The notes beneath the pieces were generated by a model that saw only the letters and a list, made by a program, of their open reading frames with translations, searched no databases and had not been told where the DNA came from. A stretch of 64,000 nt of DNA, taken from positions 224,001 through 288,000 of the forward strand of contig OY970343.1 of NCBI GenBank assembly GCA_963717525.1, given 5' to 3'. This document shows positions 62,197-64,000 of this stretch, one piece after another. The translations under genes and the position numbers were made by a program. Position 1 is the stretch's first letter. Each line of letters opens with the position of its first letter. The DNA comes from an uncultured Methanoregulaceae archaeon. GTDB taxonomy: Archaea > Halobacteriota > Methanomicrobia > Methanomicrobiales > Methanospirillaceae.

Positions 62197-62302
62197 CCCA
62201 TTTCACCCGATTTTTTCTTTTCCGGTTCTTTGGTGTCGGCAAAATCCCTCTCACCGTGGCACGCAGGTTAATATCAGAACGGCCCGATACCGGATCCTGC
62301 GT

Positions 62303-63142
62303 ATGGGCCTTGCAGGATTTTTCAGGATCACCCGCCCGGCAAATTCGGTCATAGCCGGGCTTGCGGCGATTGTCGCATACCTTATCGCCACCGGTACGCT
62401 GGTGAACGGTGTCCTCCTGCTCATGGCCGTTGTCATCCTCATCACCGCCGCCGGGAACGTGATCAACGATTATTTTGACGCGGAGATCGACGCCATCAAC
62501 CGGCCGGAGCGTCCCATCCCCTCAGGTGCGATGAGCAGAAACGCAGCACTGGTCTGGGCCGGTATTCTGTTCATCCTCGGCCTCGCGGCCTGCATGTTCA
62601 CGACACCACTCTGCCTTGGTATCGCGCTCTTCAATGCCCTTCTTCTCGTCGTTTACGCGGCCCGGCTCAAAAGCACGCCTCTCCTGGGGAATATAGCAGT
62701 CGCGTATCTTTCCGCAAGCATCTTCCTCTTTGGCGGGGCGTTTGCCGGATGGCACTTGCTTGTCCAGGTACTCCCGATCGCTGTCATCACCTTCCTTGCG
62801 ATGCTGGCCCGGGAACTCCTGAAAGATGCGGAGGACATCGAGGGGGACCGGGCCGGTGGTGCGGACACCCTGCCCATCCGGATCGGTGTACAAAAAACCG
62901 CTCTTCTCGCCTTTATCTGTGCTGCAGCAGCGGTCACCGCGAGCGTGTTTCCGTATTCCTGGTGGGGTGTGTGGTATCTCCCCGGTATCGCCCTTGTCGA
63001 TGTTATCATCATCGGTGCGGCCGTAAAGGCACTTGGCAGCACGGATCCCGGCAGCCTGAAAGTGACCGGCTCGACAACACTTCTCAAGATCGGGATGTTT
63101 GCGTCCCTCGTGGTCTTTACGCTCTCTGCCGTTCTTTTATGA
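62303..63142 (+). CDS. Digeranylgeranylglyceryl phosphate synthase (UbiA family)
   Basis: NDYFDAEIDAIN.P.RPIPSG, RELLKDAEDIEGD...TLP. Confidence 0.93.
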   Translation: MGLAGFFRITRPANSVIAGLAAIVAYLIATGTLVNGVLLLMAVVILITAAGNVINDYFDAEIDAINRPERPIPSGAMSRNAALVWAGILFILGLAACMFTTPLCLGIALFNALLLVVYAARLKSTPLLGNIAVAYLSASIFLFGGAFAGWHLLVQVLPIAVITFLAMLARELLKDAEDIEGDRAGGADTLPIRIGVQKTALLAFICAAAAVTASVFPYSWWGVWYLPGIALVDVIIIGAAVKALGSTDPGSLKVTGSTTLLKIGMFASLVVFTLSAVLL

Positions 63143-63248
63143 AGAGGGGCAAACGCACGGGTGACAGGCTTTGCACTTAATGTCACCTTTTGACCAGACT
63201 TTAGGTGCAGACGCAAGACTTTAGGTGCAAGAATGAAATCCTTGCACT

Positions 63249-63425
63249 ATGGTAATAATCACCAAAGAAGGTGTTGATGGTAAGGTTTGTTCAACCTGCC
63301 ATGTTTGGAAACCACTATCAGAGTTCCCAACAGATCCGACTCATGGACCCAAACAAGGATTTAGACATTGTAGTTGTAGAGCATGTCATAGAGAAAAAAG
63401 CAGAGCACAGAGGCAAAACAAGTAA
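63249..63425 (+). CDS. 58-aa CxxC...CxxC zinc-finger protein (not in ORF track)
   Basis: Hand translation MVIITKEGVDGKVCSTCHVWKPLSEFPTDPTHGPKQGFRHCSCRACHREKSRAQRQNK. Confidence 0.7.
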   Translation: MVIITKEGVDGKVCSTCHVWKPLSEFPTDPTHGPKQGFRHCSCRACHREKSRAQRQNK

Positions 63426-63428
63426 GGA

Positions 63429-64000
63429 TTATTTGTGAAGGAAACTAGGTTCGATTCCGTTTTCAAACATTTCGTGAATCACGACCGTCAAATTATATGC
63501 GATGATCTTTGCCAATAATTCGTTTATCTGCGCGATTTGATTTTTTGACTTGAGAGTTTCCCCGAACTTCCGCTTTATCGCCGCATTGGTGGATTCCACA
63601 TTACTGCGCTTGTGGTAGTGCTCCATGAACTCCTCGCGGTTCAACTGGAAGAAGTAATACATCTTGTTCCATAATGGAGAACCCCTTGTTTTGCACCTAG
63701 CATGTTTCTTGAATGGGATATACGCAACGCCGCCAACAGCGCCTGCCGCTTCAAAATTGTCACGCGATGAATACGCACGGTCGGCGGAAATTTCACAAAT
63801 GTTAAAGTTCTTTGAGAGATCTTCCACGAGCGGTTTAAAATGTGGTGAGTCGTTGTCGTTAGTAGTGGATATTTCTATACCGGTAACGATGTTGGTCTTA
63901 ACACCGGTTGCCATGTGTGCCTTTAACCACCGGTGTTCTTTTTTCTGACCGTGCTTCATTCCACAGTATGCGCCAAATGTTGTTGTCCTGAATCCAGTAG
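63429..64000 (-). CDS. DDE transposase, C-terminal part (5' end outside window)
   Basis: WLKAH, ADRAY, Y..RSNVES..AIKRKFGE. Confidence 0.92.
   Translation of the reverse strand, partial: TGFRTTTFGAYCGMKHGQKKEHRWLKAHMATGVKTNIVTGIEISTTNDNDSPHFKPLVEDLSKNFNICEISADRAYSSRDNFEAAGAVGGVAYIPFKKHARCKTRGSPLWNKMYYFFQLNREEFMEHYHKRSNVESTNAAIKRKFGETLKSKNQIAQINELLAKIIAYNLTVVIHEMFENGIEPSFLHK

Larger units (their letters stand above)
63160..64000 (-). mobile_element. End of a DDE (IS4/IS5-like) transposable element with a passenger gene; continues beyond the window
   Basis: Drop in GC, subterminal 13-14 bp repeats at 63172-63229, transposase ORF. Confidence 0.7.

Overview
Archaeal chromosomal window that looks like a Methanomicrobiales methanogen (Methanoregula-like). 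This assignment is inferred from gene content, not from a database search. In order, it carries: a phosphate (pst/phoU) locus; a CDF transporter and hisI; a ~13 kb cluster combining a prepilin/preflagellin peptidase, a tandem-V4R protein, a REC-PAS protein, MinD, Roadblock/MglB-like and PATAN/DUF2226-like proteins, a type IV pilus-type ATPase and two TadC-like proteins; SUI1, cobQ, an NDP-sugar synthase and a CBS-ParB protein; xseAB and purN; the conserved rnp4-rps19e-rpl39e-rpl31e-eIF6-rplX-pfdA-ftsY-srp54-trmY-pus10-rpl21e-rpo4-ksgA-hemK superoperon; an accessory stretch; tRNA-Glu(CTC), a DRG GTPase, trm1, tRNA-Arg(CCT) and DGGGP synthase; and the end of a DDE transposon. About 18 single-base frameshifts, several in essential genes, look like long-read indel errors. 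Best leads: (1) the MinD/Roadblock/PATAN/V4R/type IV pilus module as a possible polarity or positioning system with no MglA; (2) an unannotated 25-aa amphipathic peptide with a perfect SD and anti-SD sequences, which resembles a type I toxin; (3) a dispersed family of GC-rich hairpin elements, plus a separate inverted-repeat element holding a 19-bp-period palindrome array; (4) a transposon end with subterminal repeats and a zinc-finger passenger. No CRISPR array or rRNA was seen.
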